NCBI RefSeq assembly: GCF_009914755.1
Contig: NC_060936.1
DNA length: 64,000 nt
Direction: 5' to 3' (one strand)
Source: the human T2T-CHM13v2.0 reference genome, Homo sapiens
Shown: positions 12,202-26,600 of the stretch, in pieces
Position numbering within the stretch: position 1 is the first letter of the stretch
How the letters are laid out: every line of letters starts with the position of its first letter
Made by a program: the position numbers and the translations under genes
The notes under the pieces: generated by a model
Told to the model about the DNA's origin: nothing
Database searches by the model: none
Seen by the model: only the letters and a program-made list of their open reading frames with translations

Positions 12202-13779
12202 GTTGGTCATGCCAAGTACTGTTACTGAGCCTGGTGTAGGGTATAGATGTTATTCACTACCAAAATTGTAAAACCACCAATGTAAAAGTTAAAATTACAT
12301 TTCTATTTTGCCTCCATGCTGGACATAGCCGCTGCCTCAAGGAGCTCATCACCTTAGCAGCTTTCTCTCAACTAGATTTCCAAAGATATTGGAGAGATTA
12401 GTGCTCAGATATTTTCTTCCCATTGAATACCAGCTGACTTAAGAGTATTCCAAGTGATTTTTTTTTTTTAGTATAAGGATTATATTTGTGATAGATGTAG
12501 ATAAGGTGATTGGCAGTGCACCTGGAGGTCTAAAGAGTTGGAAAAGAATCTGAACCCTATAAATCCCATCATGTCTAGCTAGTACAGTGCCTTGTACCCT
12601 GTGGTTTCCACAGTATGTGATGATGAAATAATGAAAATAGCTGATCCCCAAATTTGAAGGGCAGTTTTTTGCTTTAAAATACCTACATGGCTTAAGACTT
12701 TAAAGTACACTCTGTCAGTTCCATTTTTTGGCCAGATGTCATAAAATTCAGGGCCAGAAAGGAATTCCATAAAGTACTTTGAGCCATGACTGGCTTATTT
12801 AAATATTGGGGTCCATAATTCCTTTAATATAGAATGATAACTGTAATATTTATCAAATATAAACATTTAAGGCCTGAGGCATGAAATTATAGAAAGCCTC
12901 ATTTGACATTTTTTAATGTGAGGGCAGAGATGGAAAAGCGGATGAAATTTGCCTGCCTCTTCACCTCCTCTTTCCTTCCCTGACTTCGGAAAAAATAAGC
13001 CCCTGCAACTCAAGCAGGAGATCTGAATGGGAATTGTGTAGTAAAAGCAAGCCCACTGTGCCTAATACAATTTCATTTGCCTTAGCTATTGCACACAACT
13101 TGTATATAATAGTGGTGCCTCCTCTAGAAAAGGGGAGAGAGCATTGACTGGCTTAAGCTTAAACTAACCAAGGGAAATAATATTTCAAGTTACAGTTTTG
13201 TTTTGACTTCTCTAATCCCCTTTAGTTTCTACATTGGAACCAGAGCTAATTAATCCTCTACTCACCCTTACCCCATCACTGTCTAACAAGATACATTGCC
13301 TTTTTACTTATATATTCTGCCATCAAAATCTATGTTTTAAAATTTATATTTATATAAATTAAAGATAATTGTTCTACCATTTCTTCCTTTTCTTACTCCT
13401 TAGCCAATAAGTGTTTTGTTTTTTTTGTTGTTGCCAGTCATTGTGTACTATTTGGAACATGACTTTTATAATAAATGCAGGCACCAGATATAGGATTAGT
13501 TCCCTTTAATCAAAAGATTAATTTTAAACTGACTAAGGCTGAGATAGGTAGTTTATAACTGAAAAATAACAAATACATAGTTTTTTCTTAAAAATAAGTT
13601 ATTTTACTCTCCTTACAAAAATATCAACGACTGTGATTATACCTACCTTTGTGATAAGTTAGTTAAGGAAATGCTTTTCAGGTACATTTCATAAACATGA
13701 TCTAATTTTTAGAGCATTGTAAGATCTATTATAGATATGAAAATATAAAGATCTTGTTTTCATCAGAATATTCTTTAGA

Positions 13780-14093
13780 CTACCCTGTCCAGAGTATGGT
13801 AACCACAGCTATATATGACTGTTGAGCACTTGAAATGTGGTTAGTCCAAATTGGGATGTCCTATCAGTGTAAAATACTCACTAGATTTCAGAGACTTGGC
13901 ACAAAAAAAGTAAAATATCTCATTATTTGTTTAATATAGGTTACATATGGAAATGATAATATTTTTGATACACTGGGTTAAAATATTAAAATTAATTTTA
14001 CCTATTCTTTTTCAATGTGGCTACTAGAACATTTAAGAGTACATACACTTGGCTTACATTGTGGCTTACATTATATTTTTATTAGACAGTGCT
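13780..14093 (-). mobile_element. MER33 hAT-Charlie element
   Basis: Reverse complement begins cagcactgtctaataaaaatataatgtaagccaca...tagtagccacatt; about 315 bp. Confidence 0.75.
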
Positions 14094-15360
14094 GTTCTAC
14101 CTCATTAAAATATACTGTAAGGTTGCTTGGAAATTGAATTAAGAGGACTTGGATCCAGCTAAATTAAACACCTTAAGGTGTCAGGGGAGGATTAACTTGA
14201 GAAGCTTGATATTATCTATCCTTAGGTTATATAGGACCTTTCCAGTAGCTAGACACCTTTAAGTAGGACGTCATGCTACCTTTGTATTGCCTATCTGTAG
14301 TCATTGTTCTTTAGATCTGTAGTGGGACTAACTACTTTGAGCTCTTGGTTAAAGTACTCTCTGAAATGGTTTTTGACTAGTAGAGGAACATCAAATAAGA
14401 ATCATCTCCACTGGCTGTTTGTTCTCTTAGTTCTCCTCATTCTTTAACTTTTAATCCTTCCTTATTGGGAAGAGCGTTAAGAACTTCTGTTTCTACTACT
14501 TTATTCTACAGTGTCAGTTGGCATGCTGACCTATTAATATTTATTTTGTTAATTTGGACAACAGATAAGAAAAATTCTGTAAATAAATTACCAAGAAATA
14601 ATTTTTAAAACCACTTAAAGATAAAACTGCACTTTATTCTTCTAGTACTATACCTGATCTCTTTTTCTCTATATTTTCTTAACCATGCTGTTTACTGTGG
14701 GTAAATTAGGTGGGTAGCAGATTTTTAGAAGCTTTGCATGTGATCTAACAGAAATGTGAACAGTGATTTAAAAAAAACTAATATTTATATAGTGCTTTAA
14801 GGTATAAAAAATGCTTCCATATACGTTATCTCCATTGATTATTAAAACAGCCCTGTGAATTAAATAGCGTCAGGTATTTTTTTAAGGATTAAATGCACCA
14901 AAGATTAAGTAACTAACCCAAGTCCAGTTTTCAGTCTTGAGACTCCAGATTGTGTGCTATTGTGAGAAATTACCAACAGCTCTCAAAAGTTGTCTGATTA
15001 TTTTTAAATAAGACATTCTAAATTTTAAATAAATGAAAAGCACGAAAGACAGATAATAAGCATATTTACTTTAGAAGAGAACTAAGATTTAGAGGACATG
15101 CATTACTGCTTTTTCATTCCACAGTTGAGCTCTTCGTAGGTATCAGGTCAAATACTAAATAAATAGCTTATATTTTAAAACACAAAACAAAGCAAAGCTT
15201 TTTGAAGGGAACAAGTAAAATTTCTATGATTCTATGTTAATACAAGGTTTTTAAATTGTTTTAAAAAGAGAATGATTATGGCTCTTCTGACAAATTTTCA
15301 TACATGTGATCACATTAATAAAACCTAACTTAAAAAAGGCTTCCCTATGGGACTATTTAC

Positions 15361-15561
15361 CAAAGTTGCTCAACCCGCAGCCCAGGACGCTTTTGAATGC
15401 GGCCCAACACAAGTTAATAAACTTTCTTGAAACATTATGAGATGTTTTTGCAATTTTTTTTAAGCTCACCAGCCATCATTAGTGTTAAGTGTATTTTATG
15501 TGACGCAAGACAATTCTTCTTCCAGTGTGGCCCAGGAAAGCCAAACAATTGGACATCCCTG
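15361..15561 (-). mobile_element. MER30 DNA transposon
   Basis: Reverse complement cagggatgtccaattgtttggctttcctgggccacactggaagaagaattgtc matches MER30. Confidence 0.85.
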
Positions 15562-18029
15562 GTTTAGACAATTCCCAATTACCTTTATAAAGTGGAAAGA
15601 CATGGTGATGTGGGGACTGTACACCATATCAATTTGTCTTGGGTAACAATATTTTTATGTTGCATATTTTACTTTCCCAATTGTACCCAATCCCAAAGCA
15701 CAATGATGAGGGCTGAGGGAAGGATCTCAGAATCCTTTCAAAGATGTAGCCTAGACCTCAAATTTGCTATGGAAAAGCTACCATACCACTCATTCCTACC
15801 AAGTTAGTGGCTTAATGAAAGATCGGTGTAACCAGTCAGCTCTAGGAAGTCATTAGATGAAAGATGAAGGATCAGGGTTCAAGCCTAAAGGACACTTTCA
15901 CAGTATCTAACTGAACATGTTTACCAGTCCAAAGGTTATAATATTATTGCTGTGAGAAAAAAAGAGGTGAAAACATTTATAAGAATATCACAAGTTATTG
16001 GGAAACCCGTTATACTTCAGTGGATTATGAACTATCCATGATACTGAAATCTTGATATAAGATGCACGCCCAGACTTTAAAAGAACTACAGAGCTTCCTT
16101 CTCAGGGCTATCACAGGCTCCATCCATTTTAACAGGCATTTTTTGAAAAGCTCTATGTTAATTAAAATGCTTTATTTATATACTAATTTCTCATCCCATC
16201 TTTCAAATGTGAAAAGGAATTAAATATGAAATGGCTAATTTAAACTGTCAGGATTCTTTTTTCCAAGTCAACCTTACATTAAGAGCAGGAATCCTGTGCT
16301 TAAGAAATGGTTCCCAATTATCCTGTCTTGGGTTTTGTTATACATTGTACAGAAGTCAACAAAACAAGTATGTAACAGAACCTGCCTAAATAGCAGCCGC
16401 CCTCATTAAAAACAGAGAATTAATCAGGGGGTGATTGAAGGAAGCAATGCCTCATGTTCCCCCCCCCTTTTCTTCTTTTCTAATCATAGAACAAAATATG
16501 TTACATAAAAGGATCGGAACTATTATGCAGTACTCAATTAGAGGGAGGTGAATAGGTCTCTAACATGCTGTTTTATCAAAAGAGCAGACTGGTGTTTGCA
16601 TGACTGTTGTTTCATTACAGACCCTGTCATTAATTCCATGTGTCAATACTGCCCTGTAGTACACAGAGCAGACAAGAAAGAAGAGCCCTTGAAAACAAGG
16701 GAATGATTTTTGAGTCGTTATCAAGCTAAGTGGCAAGCGGGAAGCTGAAACTCGTATAGGTAAATTCGAAGGGACTCTTGGGAGATCTGCAAGTGGGAAA
16801 CAAGAATGCATTTTACCAACTGCTTAATTATGTCCTGTTTTTCAACAAGTACACTTGAATTGAATGTTTTGTTTGTATTGCACAAAAACATGTGCTGTGG
16901 GCAAGAGTATTCTCTTGCTTTCAGGTCAAGTAAAGTGTTTTATACACATACACGTCTGACCTATTCTATATTGTGCGATTGGGTATGTTAGTATCTGAAC
17001 CCCAATTTTGCACTGTCATTTTTGGGGGAAAGAGTCATATAGGAACCAGAAGCCCTAAAAAGCAGAACCTTCTCTAAGGTGCTGAGAAGTCATATAAGCC
17101 CAGGCATCCTAGAGTATACCATACTTACAGGCAAACGGTGGCTCAGGAAAATGTTAAAATATATCTGGAAAAAAAAAACAGACCAGAATATTTTAAATAT
17201 GGTGTAAATTCCGTATCTCCCATCCCTAGCTCTTTAAGAAATTATTTTTTTGGTTTCCATTAGCAGTCCCAAGGGTTAGGCTGGGGCAAAATAGGGTTTC
17301 CTTTCTTGGACGTGCTTTATCTGTGTCCTCTTGCCTGGCCAAGCCCTTGTAGATTATGGTTCCTTATCGTTTAGTAAGATCAAATTTCTAAATGATGTTT
17401 CGTTCCAGTTGAACATTCTTGGAGGCTTATCTCTTCCCTGGCCAGATGCCTGATCAGATGAGAAGCCCGCCATGATACTGTCACAGTGCCTAGAATGGGC
17501 TCTTTATCCAGTAGACACCACTGTACTTTTTGATACGAGGGCAGTCTTAACTTGTGTTAAGGCCTGTGTGTAGCATTGAAGGTAAGTATGAAGGAGTTGT
17601 TGCTATGTGAATATCTTAATCCTGATACACATTTCAATATACAGTATCTCCGTTTTACCATGATATACATGTATCTGACACATAGCCATCCTTTTTAGAT
17701 AGGACCTTCATAATTTAGGATCAGTAACTCTTTATGAAATGGCCTGTTTATTGAGGGCCATGATTGAATTTGGATCCTTTTTTGTAGCACTTGCCATTGC
17801 TTTGGTTTTCCTTTGTAATCATTTTAATCATATGCTGGTAGTCTTGCAGAAAGGGCTTGTGGTCTTGGTGTATGTCTGTGACAATTTGGTAGGATGCTGT
17901 GTTTGACTCTTAGGTTTAGAATATCTGCATTAGAAACAAAGGCTTAGTAATAATGAGTTTGAGTATCTTTAAAAACCTAGCAGCTTTTTAAATAGATCAA
18001 AATTATTTCATAGCCCAACACTTAGCCTC

Positions 18030-18185
18030 TTGAAATTAGTATAGAATATTGGGGATCATCTTGTCCAACCACTCACTTTATAGATGGGGAGACTCAAGCC
18101 CAGAGAGGCAAGTGACCTGCCCAAGGACACCTAGCAAGTTAGTGGAACATCTGAGACTAGAATCTAGGTCTTCTGATGCCCCATA
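18030..18185 (-). mobile_element. MIR fragment
   Basis: actttatagatggggagactcaagcccagagaggcaagtgacctgcccaagg, the MIR core. Confidence 0.7.
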
Positions 18186-19859
18186 TGGAAGAAGCTCAGT
18201 CTATACCAGTTAGTTAATGGTTGGGAATTCCAGGCTGTCTGGTGAAAAGGGGGCTTGACTTCTGCTGAACTGTCAGAATGTCTGATGATATTAATTCATC
18301 AGGAAAATAATTACAGTTAAAATAACATGAGAATGATTCCTGACAAATGGTCTCCCATTTATGCCACGTTTACTGAGCACCTGCTGTGTGCTGTGTTCTA
18401 TACTAGATACTGGCAAATCACAGCCTGAGAAGACATGGACTCTGCCCTCAAGTTGCTCACAGTCTAGTACAGAACAAGAAATCTCTGGAAAGCATTATAC
18501 AGAATTTCCTGTGGAATGTTAATCCTGTTTCTAACCCTGTAAATCTTCGTGATGAAAGTGAATGTGTACCCAGAGATTTAGCTTTTCTCTTCATGGTTTA
18601 GTCATTAGGAGTCCCATTAGACACCATACCTTTTCTCTTCAGGAAAATGAAAGATAATATCAAGTACAACTAAATTTAATTCACAAACACTTATTGAGGA
18701 TCTGCTATCTGCAAGGCACTGTGCTAGACACATAGGGATATGAAAATTGAGTAAAGCATAGACATTCTCTTTTTAAAATATCAGAGCAGTAGTATTTCAT
18801 AGCTCTCAAACTTTGTAATGACAGTTATTTTTAATATCCTTAGAAGTTGGGGGTGGGGGGTATGCTCCTGAAATAGAAAACAAGAATACCTTTGTACTCA
18901 AGTCCAGACTTGTCAGCCTAGGATTCAAGGTCTCCATTCAAATCCTCTTTTATACCGCATCTCTTTTGAGTTGTTTTTTTTTTTTTCCTTTATCTCAGCC
19001 GAGCCAGCCTGCTTGCCAGTCCCTGCACACAACTAACTCTTGCTTCTGTGCCTCTGCTTGACTAATTCTTCTGCTTCTGGGATGCCTTTCTCCCTGTGAA
19101 TCCATGTCCATCACTGCCATTACAGTCTGGCCCCTGAGTCCACCTACTGCAAGGAGCCTGTGGTCAGCATCCCTGTCTCCTCCTGTGTCCCTCTCACATG
19201 TGCATAGCCATACGACTGGTGAAGGAATATTTCTGTGGTGTTCATTAAAGCTTCCCATTCTCTGTCCACATCTTGCTGATCTAGATACAACAGATTGCAA
19301 ATGAAATAGTCCCAGATTATAAATGAGACAGTCCAATATAACCAGGTCATTTACCAAGCCTTTTAGGAGTGAGTCTCTGTACCAAATATTTCATTTTGAT
19401 ATTTGTGGGCCACTAGTTGAAGGATAGAGGAAGAAGATGAGAAAAGTTAGGATGGGGGTATGAGAAATAAGCCTGGGGTCAATTAGAACAAACAGTCACA
19501 CATCTGTAAATGATCCTCTCCTTCTACTCCCAGACAGGACAAGAAATCTCCTTTAAACCAACTTCAAATACAGTAAGGGTGTATTGACAAATTTTAAAGC
19601 TTAAAGAAAGCAGGGCTCTCTGCCTGTTAATCATCTCAAGCTTGTTGATCTGCTGTTCTGTAACTCTTTCAATATTGTTTAATGTGTGTGTGTTTTCTGA
19701 ACTGACTAAAAGCTTCTTGAGGACAGGGACCATGTCTTTTATTTGCCTCTGCATATTCTTCCCCCACTTAATCCCTAACTAGCATGGGAAAACCTTCTGT
19801 AAGCACTTAAGGGACAGGAACGACAATTTGTGGGTTCTAACTACATTCCAGCCTAATGT

Positions 19860-20320
19860 TATACTATACACTTTGTATGTATAGTAGCCTTTTGCCCTCA
19901 TCACAACTTAGTGTGAGGTATGTGTTCCTGTCCTAATTCTACAGAGAAGGAAATTGGAATTCAGTGAGTTCATGTTCTTACAGCTAGTGACTGGTCGATC
20001 CAGAATTAGAGCACAGGTCCGTCTGACTCCAAAACCTATATGTGCTTTTCACTATACCACAATAACAACGAATATTTGTTCTGTACAATTCACAACTCTT
20101 TGGTCTACCTTATTATTATTATTATTATTACTACCACTACTTACATCTTCACTAGTCAGTAGGTACAGCCAAGATTATCACGACCCCCATTTCACTGGTA
20201 GGGAAACTGAGACTCGGAAGCTTGCCCAAGATCACACAGCTGGTAAGTGGAGGAGAACCAGGACTTCAGACAGACTTCCTGACTCCAGATCTTTTTTTTC
20301 TTTCCATGACATCACATTGC
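19860..20320 (-). mobile_element. Two MIR fragments separated by (TTA)n
   Basis: MIR core motifs (cacaacttagtgtgaggta; gggaaactgagactcggaagcttgcccaagatcacacagc). Confidence 0.65.
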
Positions 20321-21039
20321 TGCCTTAATTCATTTGCACAATGCATGATTGTATGGCCAGTGTTCACTGACACCTTTCCTACAGAAGTATCAATGAGCCC
20401 AGGCATTACGTAGAGCCATGTGGAGAAGAAAATAATTCATACCTTCAGAGGAGCTTCCATTTTAGTGGGGGTTGATACAAAGCACCCAGAAAGTAAATGC
20501 TTGAGAATAGTTCACAAGTAAGAATTAAAATATAGGCCCGTTGTTCCATAATGAAATCCTATAATTTGGCCATAAAACTAATATTTTTAATTATTTGCAT
20601 AATTGGATTAGGGAGCAAGGGTAAAGCTGATAGACTTATTTGAAAATATTACTTCTGGGTTTAGATGAGAAAGTGCTAGATACTTCACACAAGTTAGTAG
20701 CTAGCCCCAGAATCATCTTTTTATCAAAGAGATGCAGTAGTTTTAGTCTCAGGAGTGATGGTATATCCACCCAGCAGTTTATCACTCAGTCCCATCTGCC
20801 AATCCTACTTTTACCTATCCCTACCCTTCAGTCCCCACCCCACACCTGAGTTTACCAACCCCTTCAGACCCTCAGTGTTTCATTCCCAGCAGGTTCTCCC
20901 TCTTCTCCTTTTGCTTCAGTTGTTAATATGTAGTGTCCAACATCACAAAGTCCTTTAGCACAATCAGAACTAGGAATTTATTTAAAATATAGGTATGTAA
21001 TTTACGTCAGTGCTAGAGAGAAGTTTTAATGGAAACGTT

Positions 21040-21990
21040 GTTTCTAGCTCTCCACTGAACATTTCTACATGGTTGTCATGTAGGCACCTCAAGCCCTTCA
21101 AGTCCTAAAATATATCAGAATCTCCCCACCAAATCTCCATCTCCTATGTCCTGGCCCCATTGAATAGAGTCACCATCCACTTGGTCATCTGAGCTGAAAC
21201 AACAGGAACTCTCTACTTACTACTCTCATTCTCCAACCCCTTTTCCTCCCAGTGAGTCATGAGATCTACCTCAGAAATGTTGCCTTTTCTTCCCACAACC
21301 TCAGACTTAATCCAGCTGTCTGTCTCCTCCCCCACACACTATTATGATGACCCCCCTAATGACTTGTCTATCTGCCACCAATTCCAATGTGTCTATCATG
21401 CTGCTGCCAGAGGTACTTTCTTATAAAACAAACGTAATCAAACACTCTTTATAGGGTAAAATCTAAACTCCTTATTTTGGCATTTAAGACATTTTTGACT
21501 ATTGCATCCCAAACTACCCTTGCAGCCTTACCTCCTGCCCCTCCTTCATTGAACCTCACCATTCCCCAAACACTGGGCCCTTTCCCGGCTTCATGAGAGC
21601 ACAGAGATAGAAAAGATGAGCTGACACAATCCAAAAAGGTTTAAAAAGATAGAGAATCACACACGTCAGTGGGACCATTCAGAGCTCTTTACAGTCTCTT
21701 TTATCTGAAATGCTCTGTGCCCATCTGCCTAGTGCAGGGCCACTCACTGACACCTCACTTGACAGTGCCCTCCCCAGGCAGCCTGGTCAGTGCTTCATCT
21801 CAGGAGCTGCCTCACTTCTTTGTTCATAATTCTCTTACAGCATTTACCTCATTCTGCTCAAAATGACTTTTGCATATATTTGTTTTCCGTGCTCCTCAAA
21901 GGCAGCAGCTGTACCCAGTCTTCCTTACCTCCCAGTATATGACATAGTTCCTGTCACATAGTCATTGAACAGATGTTGAAGACATGAACT
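21040..21990 (+). mobile_element. Diverged L2 fragment
   Basis: L2 3' motifs (ctccactgaacatttctacatgg; acatagtcattgaacagatgttgaa). Confidence 0.55.
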
Positions 21991-23537
21991 CAGTGTGCTC
22001 CTCCAATGCAGTTAGGGCAATTAATCCAGATGTGGTGGGCTGCAAAGATCACTGGACTAGGATTCAGGAGACCCATGTCCCAGGTCCAGCTCTGCCACTA
22101 GATAAGTGACCTTGGATGAGTCATTCAGTCTCCTTTATTAAAGAAGGGGGTTGGACTAAATGATCTCTCAGACCCCTTCCAACTTTAAGTTCTATGATTC
22201 TGACCCCATTTCTTGGATTGGGAAACACATTTCCTCCCTCATAGTATTCAGGAGCCTCAATTTAGCCTGTCAGACGTTCACATTTCCCAAGCAAAGCTTT
22301 CAAACACTTCGAAGTTGTCTACTGAGCTAGCCAGAGCTCTTCATTAGGCTCCTGTTGGCTTATCCATTGACCACTGAGCTGTTCTCACTCCTCCCCAGGA
22401 GATTTCACTGTGTCTGTAACACCATTACACTACTGTGTGGCTGCCCCTTCCCAGGAGGGAGCCCTTCTTTCTGTTGGCCTAAGGGACAACTGTGAGGAGG
22501 GAGTCATTTCCCCTCCATCCAAATCCCACCAACATTATAGCTGCTGCCATGTGGGTTTTTGCTTATGGACATGTTTTTGGGGGGTGATGCCCATTTCTGT
22601 GATAAATAAGTTTTAAGCAGTTCATGGGGCTCTTCAAGGCCACTCTTAAGTACACTGCTGACCTTTCTAGGGATGGGAGGACTGGAGTTAGCAACTCAAC
22701 AGGTACATTCACCATAATCTCCATGTAATAAATAAGAGCCTATGAAAAGATTAAATAAATCTTTCCTAATGCTTTTTGACTGGCTTAATCAATAATTAAT
22801 CATCTTTAGATGAGGCTGTAACTTGTGGAGTAGATATAATTGGATTAGCTGAAAAGCGGCAGTTGCGGAGCTTTGAAGAGATTAAAATGGCTGTCAATCC
22901 CATAATTAAACTGCCACAAACAAAAGCAATGGTGTTTTTTAGAAAGGAGGAGGAGGAGGAAAGAAAGAGTGAAAGAGAGAGAGAGAAGGAAAGAAAAGTC
23001 GGGGAGAGAGTTGGGGAAGGCCAACTAATTTGAAATGAATCAACATGTACTTACATATCACTAGAGACTGAGGCAAAATCAAAACCGACAGATTTATTCC
23101 ATTGAATGAAGTGTATGCATATCAAATCAGCCATTTAATTGTATGCTCCAACCACTGGGGCAGGTGAAATTTTGGCAGCTTCAACTTGTCTAAAACAAAA
23201 CCAATCCACCAAAAAAAAAAAAAAAGGTTAATTATTCAAAACAGAAGAGACCTGCTCCTTGTCCTGAGCCCATTTAGACCTTGACTTTTCATACTTTTAA
23301 TTGGCTTAGTAGGTTTGGCCTGTGTGAATGAAGTCTTTTATCTCCCTCTTCCCTCTTTTTCTTTCCATGCCCCTTTCATCTTTCCTATTACAAACACACA
23401 GAGAAAGCTCAAGGGAAAATACTTTGGTTTTTAAAGACTTTTCTTTTTAAAAGGTTGTGGATTTGGGTGGGGGGGAGGGGTGTGTGTGTGATGCTGGTGA
23501 ATACTTTTTTTTCTCTCTCTTTTATCTCTTTTTCTAG

Positions 23538-23649
23538 AGAGGAGTTGCTTAAACCAATGGGACTAAAACCTGATGGGACAATAACGCCTTTGGAGGAAGC
23601 ACTCAACCAGTACTCTGTCATCGAAGAGACCAGCTCTGACACAGACTAA
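23538..23649 (+). CDS. RIC8B: RIC8B terminal coding exon: (R)[36 protein letters not shown]
   Basis: Long pyrimidine tract plus CTAG acceptor (AG 23536-23537); phase-compatible with exon 9 (AG+A=Arg); matches the Ric-8B acidic C-terminus; TAA 23647-23649. Confidence 0.96.
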
Positions 23650-26600
23650 AAGCATCACCTGCTCAACTCTCAATATTGCTTTATCAGCATCTTTTCTCTG
23701 TAGCTCCAGGGGAATCTTTTCTCTAAAACATTTATGCCCTTGCTTTGGCTAGAAACACATTAACTGGTTTACTCATTGAGAATCCAGCATATTTAAGAGG
23801 TGACCCTGTGTTTTTTGTGATATTGAGGCATTCATACAGAGCTGCAGTTAGACGGGGTTACGGGGGCTAAAAGCAGAAAAAAAATTCCATTTCATCGGGA
23901 TGGAACTGAAGGATTTTATTCTATAAAGCGGCCCTGGTTGAATCTGGCAATTCTTTTTGCCAAGATCCCTAGCAGAAGATTTAGCCATGTCCTTCCCCTC
24001 ACTTGTGTGAGTGGCCCCTTCTGAATCTCTCCAGCAGCCAGAGGCACGTGAGAAGCAGAAAGAGCTGGTAAATAAAGCCTTGGGCAAGCGACTTCTTAGA
24101 TCAGAACTCACCAAATGGAAGCCTAGCAGCTGCTCCATAAACCTAGCCCCATTCTTCATATCAATTTTGTATAAATATATAGAAACACACACACAGCCTC
24201 AGACTTACAAACTGATTATACTCTAAAAGTTTGTATGTCAGTTAGCTAAAACTTCAGAATACATTTCTCCCTATAAAGAGTTATAAATGATGGTTTAGTT
24301 CTCAGGCAGCTACAAATGCCTATTTATTCCCTAATGTACCTGAACACTAGTACCATAGAACTGAACCACCATCTGTATCAGCGCATGGGGAGTGTGCATT
24401 CTGAGGTCTAACCCGGGGTGCCAGGAACACACACATCCTCCATCCCAGCATAGAGAATGGGGACTCCCTGAGTAATGGGAGTTCTTTCATGGCCTCTGCT
24501 TGGGGTGGGGGAGTCAGCAGCACCCATTTGTACATATAGGTCATTCATACATCACATTTTAAATTGGGGACTGTGTGTGCTGGTGTGTGTGTGAGTTCTA
24601 CGTTTCTACCATATGTGATCAGTTTAATAGTAACTTTATTTATTTAAAAAAAAGAAACACAATTAGTTACTGTTAAACTGATAAAGGGTGTTTATTTTTA
24701 CTTTTAGAATTGGTCCTATGAAGAAGTAGAAAGTGAGTCATGCACTAGACAGTGGGCCTAGCTCATCAGTGGCTAAAGTTGAAAAGGGGTTGGTTTCCTG
24801 TATATATATGTATGTATATACACACGTACATACATTCATATATATACATATATACATAATGTGCTTAACCACTGCCTTTTAAAACTTTAAATTAAATAAA
24901 ACATTGGGGTTGATTCAATTTGGCCATCTGTGTGTGTTTCTTTATAGATACATGGGCTAAACAATACTATTTCACAGTTTATGCTTTTTTAAAGTGCTTT
25001 TACATCCATGGTCCCACTTCTAATAGCCTTTTTAAGGACAGGTAGAGTACATGGAGGGTTACTGAAAAGGTCATTTATCCAGAAGTTACCTCTCTGGCAA
25101 AGCAAAAAAATCAGGAATTACGTCTTAAAGGCCTTTCAGCTGCCAGAGGAGATGTCACAAAGTTTCTTGCAACTTACTTATGGGAGAGATCTTCAAGAAT
25201 ATCACTCTTAGACTCTGAACTGAAATTTGCATACGCTTCCAACATGTTTTATTAGCTGGCTTTGAAGCTCACAAAAGAATGGCAAAGAAAGAGGCTGCTA
25301 GATTGAAGGCAGGCATACTGAAAGAAGAAAAAGGCCAACTGAAAACTAGATAGTGAGATGAGAAGAATAAAACTTCAAGACATAGCAAATCTGGGACTGT
25401 CTACTTACCAAAGGATACTCTAGTTGACCCAGAAAATGTGTGTACAACAGTATGGCCCGTAGACTACTTCCTATAATGGTGACCCTGAGTTTTTTTAAAA
25501 GAAGAAATTAAATCCAGAACGCTTTATAAAAGGGTAGGAAGAAGACAATAGATGTTAGAATTTCATCCAAAATGTTTGAGGGAGAGGTGAGTGACCCAGG
25601 TTTTAACCAACAGCAAAAGAAATGGGCAATTCATAATTTTAGATTAAGTGAAAAGTTTAGAAAAAATTTAAGTATTTTTGTTATTCTACAAATGCATTTT
25701 TAAAGTATTTTTATAATTTCTATAATCAAATAGCTTTGGCATGCATGTCAGCTTACCTAAATGAAGATGTGTTTAATGAAATGCCATCTTACCAGCTTTC
25801 TTTATGCAGAGTAAGTGTTTGAACAGTCCTGTTTCAGTAGCTGTGCTCTTCTGCTTTCAGTGAGTTCTGTTTCATTTTGCATTTCTCTGCACTGGGCACT
25901 AAGCTTTGTTTTTGAAAAGAGAGTTTGCGGGGAAGAAGATGAGAGTGTCTTCATCTGGCACACAGAAAGAGAACTAATATCTGTTAAGTGCTTACTACAT
26001 GCTGGGCTTTTGATGTATGTTATCTCATGTAACCTCACCTTATCGCATATGAAAGATCCTCTCCAGAAAGCTTATGAAAGTTACCCCACGTCACAGCAAG
26101 GAAGAGTCCAACTCTGGTGGCCTGACTCCCAGCACCACTCCTTCCTTTTCCCCACAGCACACCTGGGCCCACACTGTGCCTCCTTAGGGCTCTGAAATGC
26201 TGGGAACAGAGTGGTGTGAGGAGGGTGGTCATTCTCAGGCCATTTTAAGCAATAACTATTTCAACAGAACTAGTTTAAAGAGGTTTTTAAGCAGGGAAGT
26301 GACCTGAAGTGGAAGTATGAGTGGGAAACTTGCATGGTCAGCACTGGATTTCCAATGAAGACCTGGAATCCGTTAGGATAGGCCAGGGACCAAGGCTGCA
26401 GGCTGGCCTCTCTGCCCACAACTCTCCTGACCTTGGAAGCAGGGTACGGAGGCGTGTGTCCTAAAATAAAGCATTTGAGCTGCTGCTACAGAGGAACAAT
26501 CACCAGATATTGTGACCCTTTCAGATGCCCAGTAGTCCTGGGAGGCAGGCAGGGCAGGTGTTATTATCCCTTCTTTATAAATGAGGACACAGAATGAGGC

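Noticed and set aside
23455-23537. N-terminal part of the 64-aa ORF containing the RIC8B last exon
   Set aside because: This is the intronic polypyrimidine tract; true coding sequence starts at the acceptor at 23538.
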